Shown here: positions 1 through 13,583 of the stretch, one piece after another
Numbering within the stretch: the stretch's first letter is position 1
How the letters are laid out: each line of letters begins with the position of its first letter
Assembly: GCA_032718475.1 (NCBI GenBank)
Contig: JAUCBJ010006247.1
Span: 1 to 64,000, forward strand
DNA from: Nemertoderma westbladi
Lineage: Eukaryota; Animalia; Xenacoelomorpha
Length of the DNA stretch: 64,000 bases
Direction of reading: 5' to 3'
Made by a program: the position numbers and the translations under genes
Notes under the pieces: model-generated
What the model saw: the letters and a program-made list of their open reading frames with translations, nothing else
The model's database searches: none
What the model was told of the DNA's origin: nothing

Positions 1-1587
1 TATTCAGTGGCCCCTTTCCTTAGCTGAGATGGTGTTGGTGTATTCAGTGGCCCCTTTCCTTAGCTGAGATGGTGTTGGTGTATTCATAGTGGCCCCTTTC
101 CTTAGCTGAGATGGTGTTGGTGTATTCAGTGGCCCCTTTCCTTAGCTGAGATGGTGTTGGTGTATTCAGTGGCCCCTTTCCTTATCTGAGATGGTGTTGG
201 TGTATTCAGTGGCCCCTTTCCATAGCTGAGATGGTGTTGGTGTATTCAGTGGCCCCTTTCCTTAGCTGATATGGTGTTGGTGTATTCAGTGGCCCCTTTC
301 CTTAGCTGAGATGGTGTTGGTGTATTCAGTGGCCCCTTTCCTTAGCTGAGATGGTGTTGGTGTATTCATAGTGGCCCCTTTCCTTAGCTGAGATGGTGTT
401 GGTGTATTCAGTGGCCCCTTTCCTTAGCTGAGATGGTGTTGGTGTATTCAGTGGCCCCTTTCCTTATCTGAGATGGTGTTGGTGTATTCAGTGGCCCCTT
501 TCCTTAGCTGAGATGGTGTTGGTGTATTCAGTGGCCCCTTTCCTTAGCTGAGATGGTGTTGGTGTATTCAGTGGCCCCTTTCCTTAGCTGAGATGGTGTT
601 GGTGTATTCAGTGGCCCCTTTCCTTAGCTGAGATGGTGTTGGTGTATTCATAGTGGCCCCTTTCCTTAGCTGAGATGGTGTTGGTGTATTCATAGTGGCC
701 CCTTTCCTTATCTGAGATGGTGTTGGTGTATTCAGTGGCCCCTTTCCTCAGCTGAGATGGTGTTGGTGTATTCATAGTGGCCCCTTTCCTTATCTGAGAT
801 GGTGTTGGTGTATTCAGTGGCCCCTTTCCTTATCTGAGATGGTGTTGGTGTATTCAGTGGCCCCTTTCCTCAGCTGAGATGGTGTTGGTGTATTCATAGT
901 GGCCCCTTTCCTTAGCTGAGATGGTGTTGGTGTATTCATAGTGGCCCCTTTCCTTATCTGAGATGGTGTTGGTGTATTCAGTGGCCCCTTTCCTTATCTG
1001 AGATGGTGTTGGTGTATTCAGTGGCCCCTTTCCTCAGCTGAGATGGTGTTGGTGTATTCATAGTGGCCCCTTTCCTTATCTGAGATGGTGTTGGTGTATT
1101 CAGTGGCCCCTTTCCTTATGAGATGGTGTTGGTGTATTCAGTGGCCCCTTTCCTCAGCTGAGATGGTGTTGGTGTATTCATAGTGGCCCCTTTCCTTAGC
1201 TGAGATGGTGTTGGTGTATTCAGTGGCCCCTTTCCTTAGCTGAGATGGTGTTGGTGTATTCAGTGGCCCCTTTCCTTAGCTGAGATGGTGTTGGTGTATT
1301 CAGTGGCCCCTTTCCTTAGCTGAGATGGTGTTGGTGTATTCAGTGGCCCCTTTCCTTATCTGAGATGGTGTTGGTGTATTCAGTGGCCCCTTTCCTTATC
1401 TGAGATGGTGTTGGTGTATTCAGTGGCCCCTTTCCTTAGCTGAGATGGTGTTGGTGTATTCAGTGGCCCCTTTCCTTAGCTGAGATGGTGTTGGTGTATT
1501 CAGTGGCCCCTTTCCTTAGCTGAGATGGTGTTGGTGTATTCAGTGGCCCCTTTCCATAGCTGAGATGGTGTTGGTGTATTCAGTGGC

Positions 1588-1747
1588 TTACATACTGTAC
1601 GTACAGGTGCTGCGAAGCAACACCTTGGCCCTACGACGCTTATTCATTTTGATTATCAGTCTACTCTTAATGTAGACTGCCTCATGTGTTATTTATCATA
1701 ACTATGAGTTTTAATGAATAAAAGAGATAAACTTAACTTAAACTTAA
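1588..1747 (+). mobile_element. 5'-truncated retroposon (LINE/SINE) 3' end inserted in the minisatellite
   Basis: Unique ~160 bp interrupting a unit; stem-loop AGTCTAC...GTAGACT, AATAAA, then (AACTT/AAACTT)n tail that runs into CTTATCTGAG of the repeat. Confidence 0.6.
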
Positions 1748-4700
1748 CTTATCTGAGATGGTGTATTCAGTGGCCCCTTTCCTCAGCTGAGATGGTGTTG
1801 GTGTATTCAGTGGCCCCTTTCCTCAGCTGAGATGGTGTTGGTGTATTCATAGTAGCCCCTTTCCTTAGCTGAGATGGTGTTGGTGTATTCAGTGGCCCCT
1901 TTCCTTAGCTGAGATGGTGTTGATGTATTCAGTGGCCCCTTTCCTTATCTGAGATGGTGTTGGTGTATTCAGTGGCCCCTTTCCTTAGCTGAGATGGTGT
2001 TGGTGTATTCATAGTGGCCCCTTTCCTTAGCTGAGATGGTGTTGGTGTATTCATAGTGGCCCCTTCCCTTAGCTGAGATGGTGTTGGTGTATTCATAGTG
2101 GCCCCTTTCCTTAGCTGAGATGGTGTTGGTGTATTCATAGTGGCCCCTTTCCTTAGCTGAGATGGTGTTGGTGTATTCAGTGGCCCCTTTCCTTATCTGA
2201 GATGGTGTTGGTGTATTCAGTGGCCCCTTTCCTTAGCTGAGGTGGTGTTGGTGTATTCAGTGGCCCCTTTCCTTAGCTGATATGGTGTTGGTGTATTCAT
2301 AGTGGCACCTTTCCTTAGCTGAGATGGTGTTGGTGTATTCAGTGGCCCCTTTCCTTATCTGAGATGGTGTTGGTGTATTCAGTGGCCCCTTTCCTTAGCT
2401 GAGATGGTGTTGGTGTATTCATACTGGCCCCTTTCCTTAGCTGAGATGGTGTTGGTGTATTCATAGTGGCCCCTTTCCTTAGCTGAGATGGTGTTGGTGT
2501 ATTCATAGTGGCCCCTTTCCTTAGCTGAGATGGTGTTGGTGTATTCATAGTGGCCCCTTTCCGTAGCTGATATGGTGTTGGTGTATTCAGTGGCCCCTTT
2601 CCTTAGCTGAGATGGTGTTGGTGTATTCAGTGGCCCCTTTCCTTAGCTGAGATGGTGTTGGTGTATTCATAGTGGCCCCTTTCCTTAGCTGAGATGGTGT
2701 TGGTGTATTCATAGTGGCCCCTTTCCTTAGCTGAGATGGTGTTGGTGTATTCAGTGGCCCCTTTCCTTAGCTGAGATGGTGTTGGTGTATTCAGTGGCCC
2801 CTTTCCTCAGCTGAGATGGTGTTGGTGTATTCATAGTGGCCCCTTTCCTTAGCTGAGATGGTGTTGGTGTATTCATAGTGGCCCCTTTCCTTAGCTGAGA
2901 TGGTGTTGGTGTATTCATAGTGGCCCCTTTCCTTAGCTGAGATGGTGTTGGTGTATTCATAGTGGCCCCTTTCCTTAGCTGAGATGGTGTTGGTGTATTC
3001 ATAGTGGCCCCTTTCCTTAGCTGAGATGGTGTTGGTGTATTCAGTGGCCCCTTTCCTCAGCTGAGATGGTGTTGGTGTATTCATAGTGGCCCCTTTCCTT
3101 AGCTGAGATGGTGTTGGTGTATTCATAGTGGCCCCTTTCCTTAGCTGAGATGGTGTTGGTGTATTCATAGTGGCCCCTTTCCTTAGCTGAGATGGTGTTG
3201 GTGTATTCAGTGGCCCCTTTCCTCAGCTGAGATGGTGTTGGTGTATTCATAGTGGCCCCTTTCCTTAGCTGAGATGGTGTTGGTGTATTCATAGTGGCCC
3301 CTTTCCTTAGCTGAGATGGTGTTGGTGTATTCAGTGGCCCCTTTCCTCAGCTGAGATGGTGTTGGTGTATTCATAGTGGCCCCTTTCCTTAGCTGAGATG
3401 GTGTTGGTGTATTCAGTGGCCCCTTTCCTTATCTGATATGGTGTTGGTGTATTCAGTAGCCCCTTTCCTTAGCTGAGATGGTGTTGGTGTATTCATAGTG
3501 GCCCCTTTCCTTAGCTGAGATGGTGTTGGTGTATTCATAGTGGCCCCTTTCCTTAGCTGAGATGGTGTTGGTGTATTCATAGTGGCCCCTTTCCTTAGCT
3601 GAGATGGTGTTGGTGTATTCATAGTGGCCCCTTTCCTTAGCTGAGATGGTGTTGGTGTATTCATAGTGGCCCCTTTCCTTAGCTGAGATGGTGTTGGTGT
3701 ATTCATAGTGGCCCCTTTCCTTAGCTGAGATGGTGTTGGTGTATTCATAGTGGCCCATTTCCTTAGCTGAGATGGTGTTGGTGTATTCAGTGGCCCCTTT
3801 CCTTAGCTGAGATGGTGTTGGTGTATTCATAGTGGCCCCTTTCCTTAGCTGAGATGGTGTTGGTGTATTCATAGTGGCCCCTTTCCTTAGCTGAGATGGT
3901 GTTGGTGTATTCATAGTGGCCCCTTTCCTTAGCTGAGATGGTGTTGGTGTATTCAGTGGCCCCTTTCCTTAGCTGAGATGGTGTTGGTGTATTCAGTGGC
4001 CCCTTTCCTTAGCTGAGATGGTGTTGGTGTATTCATAGTGGCCCCTTTCCTTAGCTGAGATGGTGTTGGTGTATTCATAGTGGCCCCTTTCCTTAGCTGA
4101 GATGGTGTTGGTGTATTCATAGTGGCCCCTTTCCTTAGCTGAGATGGTGTTGGTGTATTCAGTGGCCCCTTTCCTTATCTGAGATGGTGTTGGTGTATTC
4201 AGTGGCCCCTTTCCTTAGCTGAGATGGTGTTGGTGTATTCAGTGGCCCCTTTCCTTATCTGAGATGGTGTTGGTGTATTCAGTGGCCCCTTTCCTTAGCT
4301 GAGATGGTGTTGGTGTATTCAGTGGCCCCTTTCCTTAGCTGAGATGGTGTTGGTGTATTCAGTGGCCCCTTTCCTTATCTGAGATGGTGTTGGTGTATTC
4401 AGTGGCCCCTTTCCTTAGCTGAGATGGTGTTGGTGTATTCAGTGGCCCCTTTCCTTAGCTGAGATGGTGTTGGTGTATTCAGTGGCCCCTTTCCTTAGCT
4501 GAGATGGTGTTGGTGTATTCAGTGGCCCCTTTCCTTAGCTGAGATGGTGTTGGTGTATTCATAGTGGCCCCTTTCCTTAGCTGAGATGGTGTTGGTGTAT
4601 TCAGTGGCCCCTTTCCTTAGCTGAGATGGTGTTGGTGTATTCAGTGGCCCCTTTCCTTATCTGAGATGGTGTTGGTGTATTCAGTGGCCCCTTTCCTTAG

Positions 4701-6344
4701 CTGAGATGGTGTTGGTGTATTCAGTGGCCCCTTTCCTTATCTGAGATGGTGTTGGTGTATTCAGTGGCCCCTTTCCTTAGCTGAGATGGTGTTGGTGTAT
4801 TCAGTGGCCCCTTTCCTTAGCTGAGATGGTGTTGGTGTATTCATAGTGGCCCCTTTCCTTAGCTGAGATGGTGTTGGTGTATTCAGTGGCCCCTTTCCTT
4901 AGCTGAGATGGTGTTGGTGTATTCAGTGGCCCCTTTCCTTATCTGAGATGGTGTTGGTGTATTCAGTGGCCCCTTTCCATAGCTGAGATGGTGTTGGTGT
5001 ATTCAGTGGCCCCTTTCCTTAGCTGATATGGTGTTGGTGTATTCAGTGGCCCCTTTCCTTAGCTGAGATGGTGTTGGTGTATTCAGTGGCCCCTTTCCTT
5101 AGCTGAGATGGTGTTGGTGTATTCATAGTGGCCCCTTTCCTTAGCTGAGATGGTGTTGGTGTATTCAGTGGCCCCTTTCCTTAGCTGAGATGGTGTTGGT
5201 GTATTCAGTGGCCCCTTTCCTTATCTGAGATGGTGTTGGTGTATTCAGTGGCCCCTTTCCTTAGCTGAGATGGTGTTGGTGTATTCAGTGGCCCCTTTCC
5301 TTAGCTGAGATGGTGTTGGTGTATTCAGTGGCCCCTTTCCTTAGCTGAGATGGTGTTGGTGTATTCAGTGGCCCCTTTCCTTAGCTGAGATGGTGTTGGT
5401 GTATTCATAGTGGCCCCTTTCCTTAGCTGAGATGGTGTTGGTGTATTCATAGTGGCCCCTTTCCTTATCTGAGATGGTGTTGGTGTATTCAGTGGCCCCT
5501 TTCCTCAGCTGAGATGGTGTTGGTGTATTCATAGTGGCCCCTTTCCTTATCTGAGATGGTGTTGGTGTATTCAGTGGCCCCTTTCCTTATCTGAGATGGT
5601 GTTGGTGTATTCAGTGGCCCCTTTCCTCAGCTGAGATGGTGTTGGTGTATTCATAGTGGCCCCTTTCCTTAGCTGAGATGGTGTTGGTGTATTCATAGTG
5701 GCCCCTTTCCTTATCTGAGATGGTGTTGGTGTATTCAGTGGCCCCTTTCCTTATCTGAGATGGTGTTGGTGTATTCAGTGGCCCCTTTCCTCAGCTGAGA
5801 TGGTGTTGGTGTATTCATAGTGGCCCCTTTCCTTATCTGAGATGGTGTTGGTGTATTCAGTGGCCCCTTTCCTTATGAGATGGTGTTGGTGTATTCAGTG
5901 GCCCCTTTCCTCAGCTGAGATGGTGTTGGTGTATTCATAGTGGCCCCTTTCCTTAGCTGAGATGGTGTTGGTGTATTCAGTGGCCCCTTTCCTTAGCTGA
6001 GATGGTGTTGGTGTATTCAGTGGCCCCTTTCCTTAGCTGAGATGGTGTTGGTGTATTCAGTGGCCCCTTTCCTTAGCTGAGATGGTGTTGGTGTATTCAG
6101 TGGCCCCTTTCCTTATCTGAGATGGTGTTGGTGTATTCAGTGGCCCCTTTCCTTATCTGAGATGGTGTTGGTGTATTCAGTGGCCCCTTTCCTTAGCTGA
6201 GATGGTGTTGGTGTATTCAGTGGCCCCTTTCCTTAGCTGAGATGGTGTTGGTGTATTCAGTGGCCCCTTTCCTTAGCTGAGATGGTGTTGGTGTATTCAG
6301 TGGCCCCTTTCCATAGCTGAGATGGTGTTGGTGTATTCAGTGGC

Positions 6345-6504
6345 TTACATACTGTACGTACAGGTGCTGCGAAGCAACACCTTGGCCCTACGACGCTTAT
6401 TCATTTTGATTATCAGTCTACTCTTAATGTAGACTGCCTCATGTGTTATTTATCATAACTATGAGTTTTAATGAATAAAAGAGATAAACTTAACTTAAAC
6501 TTAA
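6345..6504 (+). mobile_element. Second identical copy of the retroposon 3' end (part of a 4757-bp block duplication)
   Basis: Same sequence and same junctions as 1588-1747, offset 4757 bp. Confidence 0.6.
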
Positions 6505-7504
6505 CTTATCTGAGATGGTGTATTCAGTGGCCCCTTTCCTCAGCTGAGATGGTGTTGGTGTATTCAGTGGCCCCTTTCCTCAGCTGAGATGGTGTTGGTG
6601 TATTCATAGTAGCCCCTTTCCTTAGCTGAGATGGTGTTGGTGTATTCAGTGGCCCCTTTCCTTAGCTGAGATGGTGTTGATGTATTCAGTGGCCCCTTTC
6701 CTTATCTGAGATGGTGTTGGTGTATTCAGTGGCCCCTTTCCTTAGCTGAGATGGTGTTGGTGTATTCATAGTGGCCCCTTTCCTTAGCTGAGATGGTGTT
6801 GGTGTATTCATAGTGGCCCCTTCCCTTAGCTGAGATGGTGTTGGTGTATTCATAGTGGCCCCTTTCCTTAGCTGAGATGGTGTTGGTGTATTCATAGTGG
6901 CCCCTTTCCTTAGCTGAGATGGTGTTGGTGTATTCAGTGGCCCCTTTCCTTATCTGAGATGGTGTTGGTGTATTCAGTGGCCCCTTTCCTTAGCTGAGGT
7001 GGTGTTGGTGTATTCAGTGGCCCCTTTCCTTAGCTGATATGGTGTTGGTGTATTCATAGTGGCACCTTTCCTTAGCTGAGATGGTGTTGGTGTATTCAGT
7101 GGCCCCTTTCCTTATCTGAGATGGTGTTGGTGTATTCAGTGGCCCCTTTCCTTAGCTGAGATGGTGTTGGTGTATTCATACTGGCCCCTTTCCTTAGCTG
7201 AGATGGTGTTGGTGTATTCATAGTGGCCCCTTTCCTTAGCTGAGATGGTGTTGGTGTATTCAGTGGCCCCTTTCCTTATCTGAGATGGTGTTGGTGTATT
7301 CAGTGGCCCCTTTCCTTAGCTGAGATGGTGTTGGTGTATTCAGTGGCCCCTTTCCTTAGCTGAGATGGTGTTGGTGTATTCAGTGGCCCCTTTCCTTAGC
7401 TGAGATGGTGTTGGTGTATTCATAGTGGCCCCTTTCCTTAGCTGATATGGTGTTGGTGTATTCATAGTGGCACCTTTCCTTAGCTGAGATGGTGTTGGTG
7501 TATT

Positions 7505-7863
7505 AATAATAATAATAATAATATATATTTATTTATATAGCGCCAAATTTACATAATATACGTACTCTAAGGCGCTGACAACACATAGTACACAGTAATT
7601 AATAGTTCGTGACTGCAATAGCAATAGTTATGAAATAAAAAAATCAACTAAAATAATGTAGTAATTAAAAACCAACAATAAAAACATCATAAAATATAGT
7701 AAAAACAAACAATAAAAACGATCATCGTAAATATTGTAGCATATAGTAAAAAACAAACAATAAAAAAAAACGATCAACGCAAGCATTCCAGTGCGGGTTA
7801 AATTAAAATGTAATTAATGGCAGAATAGAATATAATGGCAGTGATAATGAATTAAAATTAATA
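7505..7863 (-). mobile_element. 5'-truncated L2/CR1-group LINE 3' end inserted in the minisatellite
   Basis: Minus strand ends CAGCGCCTTAGAG...GGCGCTATATAAATAAAT plus (TAT)n tail, a typical L2-group terminal stem-loop; GTATT duplicated at 7500-7504 and 7864-7868 (TSD). Confidence 0.7.
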
Positions 7864-10800
7864 GTATTCAGTGGCCCCTTTCCTTATCTGAGATGGTGTT
7901 GGTGTATTCAGAGGCCCCTTTCCTTGGCTGAGATGGTGTTGGGTTGGTGTATTCATAGTGGCCCCTTTCCTTAGCTGAGATGGTGTTGGTGTATTCAGTG
8001 GCCCCTTTCCTTAGCTGAGATGGTGTTGGTGTATTCATAGTGGCCTCTTTCCTTAGCTGAGATGGTGTTGGTGTATTCATAGTGGCACCTTTCCTTAGCT
8101 GAGATGGTGTTGGTGTATTCAGTGGCCCCTTTCCTTAGCTGATATGGTGTTGGTGTATTCAGTGGCCCCTTTCCTTAGCTGAGATGGTGTTGGTGTATTC
8201 AGTGGCCCCTTTCCTTAGCTGAGATGGTGTTGGTGTATTCAGTGGCCCCTTTCCTTAGCTGATATGGTGTTGGTGTATTCAGTGGCCCCTTTCCTTAGCT
8301 GAGATGGTGTTGGTGTATTCAGTGGCCCCTTTCCTTAGCTGAGATGGTGTTGGTGTATTCATAGTGGCCCCTTTCCTTAGCTGAGATGGTGTTGGTGTAT
8401 TCATACTTCATAGTGGCACCTTTCCTTAGCTGAGATGGTGTTGGTGTATTCATAGTGGCCCCTTTCCTTAGCTGAGATGGTGTTGGTGTATTCAGTGGCC
8501 CCTTTCCTTAGCTGAGATGGTGTTGGTGTATTCAGTGGCCCCTTTCCTCAGCTGAGATGGTGTTGGTGTATTCAGTGGCCCCTTTCCTTAGCTGAGATGG
8601 TGTTTGTGTATTCATAGTGGCCCCTTTCCTTAGCTGAGATGGTGTTGGTGTATTCAGTGGCCCCTTTCCTTAGGCCTAGCTGAGATGGTGTTGGTGTATT
8701 CATAGTGGCCCCTTTCCTTAGCTGAGATGGTGTTGGTGTATTCATAGTGGCACCTTTCCTTAGCTGAGATGGTGTTGGTGTATTCATAGTGGCCCCTTTC
8801 CTTAGCTGAGATGATGTTGGTGTAATCATAGTGGCCCCTTTCCTTAGCTGAGATGGTGTTGGTGTATTCAGTAGCCCCTTTCCTTAGCTGAGATGGTGTT
8901 GGTGTATTCATAGTGGCACCTTTCCTTATCTGAGATGGTGTTGGTGTATTCAGTGGCCCCTTTCCTTAGCTGAGATGGTGTTGGTGTATTCAGTGGCCCC
9001 TTTCCTCAGCTGAGATGGTGTTGGTGTATTCAGTGGCCCCTTTCCTTAGCTGAGATGGTGTTGGTGTATTCAGTGGCCCCTTTCCTTAGCTGAGATGGTG
9101 TTGGTGTATTCAGTGGCCCCTTTCCTTAGCTGAGATGGTGTTGGTGTATTCAGTGGCCCCTTTCCTTAGCTGAGATGGTGTTGGTGTATTCAGTGGCCCC
9201 TTTCCTTAGCTGAGATGGTGTTGGTGTATTCATAGTGGCCCCTTTCCTTAGCTGAGATGGTGTTGGTGTATTCAGTGGCCCCTTTCCTTAGCTGAGATGG
9301 TGTATTCAGTGGCCCCTTTCCTTAGCTGAGATGGTGTTGGTGTATTCAGTGGCCCCTTTCCTTAGCTGAAATGGTGTTGGTGTATTCATAGTGGCACCTT
9401 TCCTTAGATGAGATGGTGTTGGTGTATTCAGTGGCCCCTTTCCTTAGCTGAGATGGTGTTGGTGTATTCAGTGGCCCCTTTCCTTAGCTGAGATGGTGTT
9501 GGTGTATTCAGTGGCCCCTTTCCTTAGCTGAAATGGTGTTGGTGTATTCTAAGTGGCACCTTTCCTTAGCTGAGATGGTGTTGGTGTATTCAGTGGCCCC
9601 TTTCCTTAGCTGAGATGGTGTTGGTGTATTCAGTGGCCCCTTTCCTTAGCTGAGATGGTGTTGGTGTATTCAGTGGCCCCTTTCCTTAGCTGAGATGGTG
9701 TTGGTGTATTCATAGTGGCCCCTTTCCTTAGCTGAGATGGTGTTGGTGTATTCAGTGGCCCCTTTCCTTATCTGAGATGGTGTTGGTGTATTCAGTGGCC
9801 CCTTTCCTTAGCTGAGATGGTGTTGGTGTATTCAGTGGCCCCTTTCCTTATCTGAGATGGTGTTGGTGTATTCAGTGGCCCCTTTCCTTATCTGAGATGG
9901 TGTTGGTGTATTCATAGTGGCCCCTTTCCTTAGCTGAGATGGTGTTGGTGTATTCAGTGGCCCCTTTCCTTAGCTGAGATGGTGTTGGTGTATTCAGTGG
10001 CCCCTTTCCTTATCTGAGATGGTGTTGGTGTATTCAGTGGCCCCTTTCCTTAGCTGAGATGGTGTTGGTGTATTCAGTGGCCCCTTTCCTTAGCTGAGAT
10101 GGTGTTGGTGTATTCAGTGGCCCCTTTCCTTATCTGAGATGGTGTTGGTGTATTCATAGTGGCCCCTTTCCTTAGCTGAGATGGTGTTGGTGTATTCATA
10201 GTGGCCCCTTTCCTTAGCTGAGATGGTGTTGGTGTATTCAGTGGCCCCTTTCCTTAGCTGAGATGGTGTTGGTGTATTCAGTGGCCCCTTTCCTTATCTG
10301 AGATGGTGTTGGTGTATTCAGTGGCCCCTTTCCTTAGCTGAGATGGTGTTGGTGTATTCAGTGGCCCCTTTCCTTATCTGAGATGGTGTTGGTGTATTCA
10401 GTGGCCCCTTTCCTTAGCTGAGATGGTGTTGGTGTATTCAGTGGCCCCTTTCCTCAGCTGAGATGGTGTTGGTGTATTCAGTGGCCCCTTTCCTTAGCTG
10501 AGATGGTGTTGGTGTATTCAGTGGCCCCTTTCCTTAGCTGAGATGGTGTTGGTGTATTCAGTGGCCCCTTTCCTTATCTGAGATGGTGTTGGTGTATTCA
10601 GTGGCCCCTTTCCTTAGCTGAGATGGTGTTAGTGTATTCAGTGGCCCCTTTCCTTAGCTGAGATGGTGTTGGTGTATTCATAGTGGCCCCTTTCCTTATC
10701 TGAGATGGTGTTGGTGTATTCAGTGGCCCCTTTCCTTAGCTGAGATGGTGTTGGTGTATTCAGTGGCCCCTTTCCTTAGCTGAGATGGTGTTGGTGTATT

Positions 10801-12596
10801 CATAGTGGCCCCTTTCCTGAGCTGAGATGGTGTTGGTGTATTCAGTGGCCCCTTTCCTTATCTGAGATGGTGTTGGTGTATTCAGTGGCCCCTTTCCTTA
10901 GCTGAGATGGTGTTGGTGTATTCAGTGGCCCCTTTCCTTAGCTGAGATGGTGTTGGTGTATTCATAGTGGCCCCTTTCCTTATCTGAGATGGTGTTGGTG
11001 TATTCAGTGGCCCCTTTCCTTAGCTGAGATGGTGTTGGTGTATTCAGTGGCCCCTTTCCTTAGCTGAGATGGTGTTGGTGTATTCATAGTGGCCCCTTTC
11101 CTTAGCTGAGATGATGTTGGTGTATTCAGTGGCCCCTTTCCTTATCTGAGATGGTGTTGGTGTATTCAGTGGCCCCTTTCCTTATCTGAGATGGTGTTGG
11201 TGTATTCATAGTGGCCCCTTTCCTTATCTGAGATGGAGTTGGTGTATTCAGTGGCCCCTTTCCTTAGCTGAGATGGTGTTGGTGTATTCATAGTGGCCCC
11301 TTTCCTTATCTGAGATGGTGTTGGTGTATTCAGTGGCCCCTTTCCTTAGCTGAGATGGTGTTGGTGTATTCAGTGGCCCCTTTCCTTAGCTGAGATGGTG
11401 TTGGTGTATTCATAGTGGCCCCTTTCCTTAGCTGAGATGATGTTGGTGTATTCAGTGGCCCCTTTCCTTATCTGAGATGGTGTTGGTGTATTCATAGTGG
11501 CACCTTTCCTTGTGTTGGCCATCGTAAGGTGATTTGACTCAAATAATAACTGCCCTATAAAGTGTCCTGAAATTTTGCATGTATAGCCTCTACAGCTCAG
11601 CTCACCAACGCGCATATTTTGGACTGGGTCTCATATCTGGGAACAATATGGTTTCTATGTTTATATTATAACTCTATTTGTAACAAAATTATAATAGATA
11701 TAAACTTGGGGTTTCTCAACTCAACTATATGGCCAAAGGCAGGCGAGCCGAATGGGGTTAATTAGAAAATCCAGTTACCATGCCAACCAGGCTAAACAGA
11801 TGTTCAACTTGATATAAGTTTGCGCACAAGGTAAAGGTGTTCTGACTTGGGACTAAACCCGACTCCACTATATCACTTATTCTGCATCAAATTTAAGTTG
11901 TTCCATTTTCACACAAACTACGCAATAATATTTACTGAAATCTGAAACTGGTAATCTGAACTGAATCACAATTTGGGTGTCGTTTTTGAAGCTTAAACAA
12001 ACAGTTTCAATGGAAATAGGAGTTGGATAAAGGCAAATAGCTACCCCCGAAGCGACAAACTAAAGCGTCAAAGTCTGTTTCATTTTCTTTCGTGGTTGAA
12101 TTTCCTTTAGAAAATGCCTTTCTAGTGTAATAAATGTGTTTTAAATTTTACGACAGAAAACTTTGTAGTCAGTTGCAGTTCAGAGTTCGGTGGTAAACTG
12201 TTAAACTTTGTCTGTGAGGCAAATGATAGCGAAGAATACTAGAATAGAAACACAGAGGTTGGTACTGATCTGTTATCGAATTCGGTCATTCGATAATTAA
12301 CACATCAGTTGACCAACCTCTTGCCTTTGATATGTTCCCACCGGTAACCCGGGCACGCAAGTTCATCTATGGATCATCTATGGTACACTATGGATTCACA
12401 TATATACATACATACGATATGTGAACATACCTTTACTAAGAAAACGGCGATTTTAAATTAAATTGATTAAATTACATTGATTTTTTAAAGTATAATGGTA
12501 ACAAGTGCAAGGGTTTTAATATAAAACTTTATAATTGTATAATATAACATAATAATGTACAAAATATAATAATAATAAATAATAATAACTACCAAC

Positions 12597-13583
12597 CTTG
12601 GCGCTGGTGATCTTTCCGTGCGGAACGAAATGCCCCAGTAAAGCCTCGTCATCGATAACGTCGTCTAGGTTCTTCACGTAGAGGTTGACCCCCTGGAACT
12701 TGTTGGACCTTTCCGCTTTGATCCTCTCGAAGCGTTCTCTCAGCTCAGCATTGCGTTCAGCTTTCTTCTGGGCGCGGCCGCAGTACATGATCCGACCCCC
12801 GCCGGTGTCCGAACCGTGGAGCTGATTGACTGCGACCTCGGCCTCCTCCGGACGCTCGAAGCTAACGAACCCGAATCCGCGACTCTCCAACCCTTCGTCC
12901 CGCATCACAACGCAACTAACAACCTTACCAAACTGCTCGAACATATCCTTGAAGGCCTTATCGTCCATATCCTTACTGAAATTCTTCACGTAGATATTAG
13001 TAAACTTCCTAGTCGTCTCCCCCATCTGTTTGAGTCGCTCTTTCTTTGAGATAAACTTACCGACAAATACCTTCTTATCGTTGAGTAACATGCCATTGAC
13101 CTTGATGATGGCCTGGTTGGCGGCCTCTTCGGTCTCGAAGTGAACGAACCCGTAACCTTTAGAGTTGCCGGCTTCGTCGGTGACCACCTTGCAACTCAAT
13201 ATGTTACCGAACGCTGAGAACGTGTCGTACATGGCCTTGTTATCGATGGAGCGGTCCAGGTTCTTTATGAAGATATTCCCGACGCCGGATTTCCTGAGTG
13301 ACGGGTCCCGTTGGCTCCACATGATTCGCATCGGTCGGCCTTTAATCGTGTCGTAATTCATCGTGTCCAGGGCGCGCTCAGCATCGTCCGGGTTCTGGAA
13401 GTTAACGTAGGCGTACCCTAGCGACCGCCGAGTTATCATATCGCGACAGACTCTGATCGAGGAGACCTGACCCACTTGGGAGAACTTCTCGAAGAGCATG
13501 GCTTCCGTGACGTCATTGTGAAGGTCTCCGACGTAGAGAGAAGCGAGAGGGTAGTTGGGGCCGGTTTGCGCTCCAATAGACAT
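12597..13583 (-). CDS. PABPC1: Cytoplasmic polyadenylate-binding protein, first coding exon (RRM1-3 and start of RRM4); remaining exons lie left of the window
   Basis: ASLYVGDL...[69 protein letters not shown] are canonical PABPC motifs; similarity stops at ITSAK followed by a GTTGGT donor (12596), phase 0. Confidence 0.97.

Larger units (their letters stand above)
1..11511. repeat. 40/42-bp minisatellite (TATTCA[TA]GTGGCCCCTTTCCTTAGCTGAGATGGTGTTGGTG)n, roughly 260 units, in a PABP intron; continues beyond the left edge
   Basis: Directly visible tandem units differing mainly by a TA indel and TAGC/TATC/CAGC variants; ends at ...CACCTTTCCTT (11511). Confidence 0.98.

Noticed and set aside
1929-8911. 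Many ORFs of MNTPTPSQLRKGAT / EYTNTISAKERGH repeats
   Set aside because: Translations of the 42-bp units, constantly frameshifted by 40-bp units; intronic.
12516-12596. PABP ORF tail [12 protein letters not shown]...
   Set aside because: Read-through into an AT-rich intron past the GT donor.
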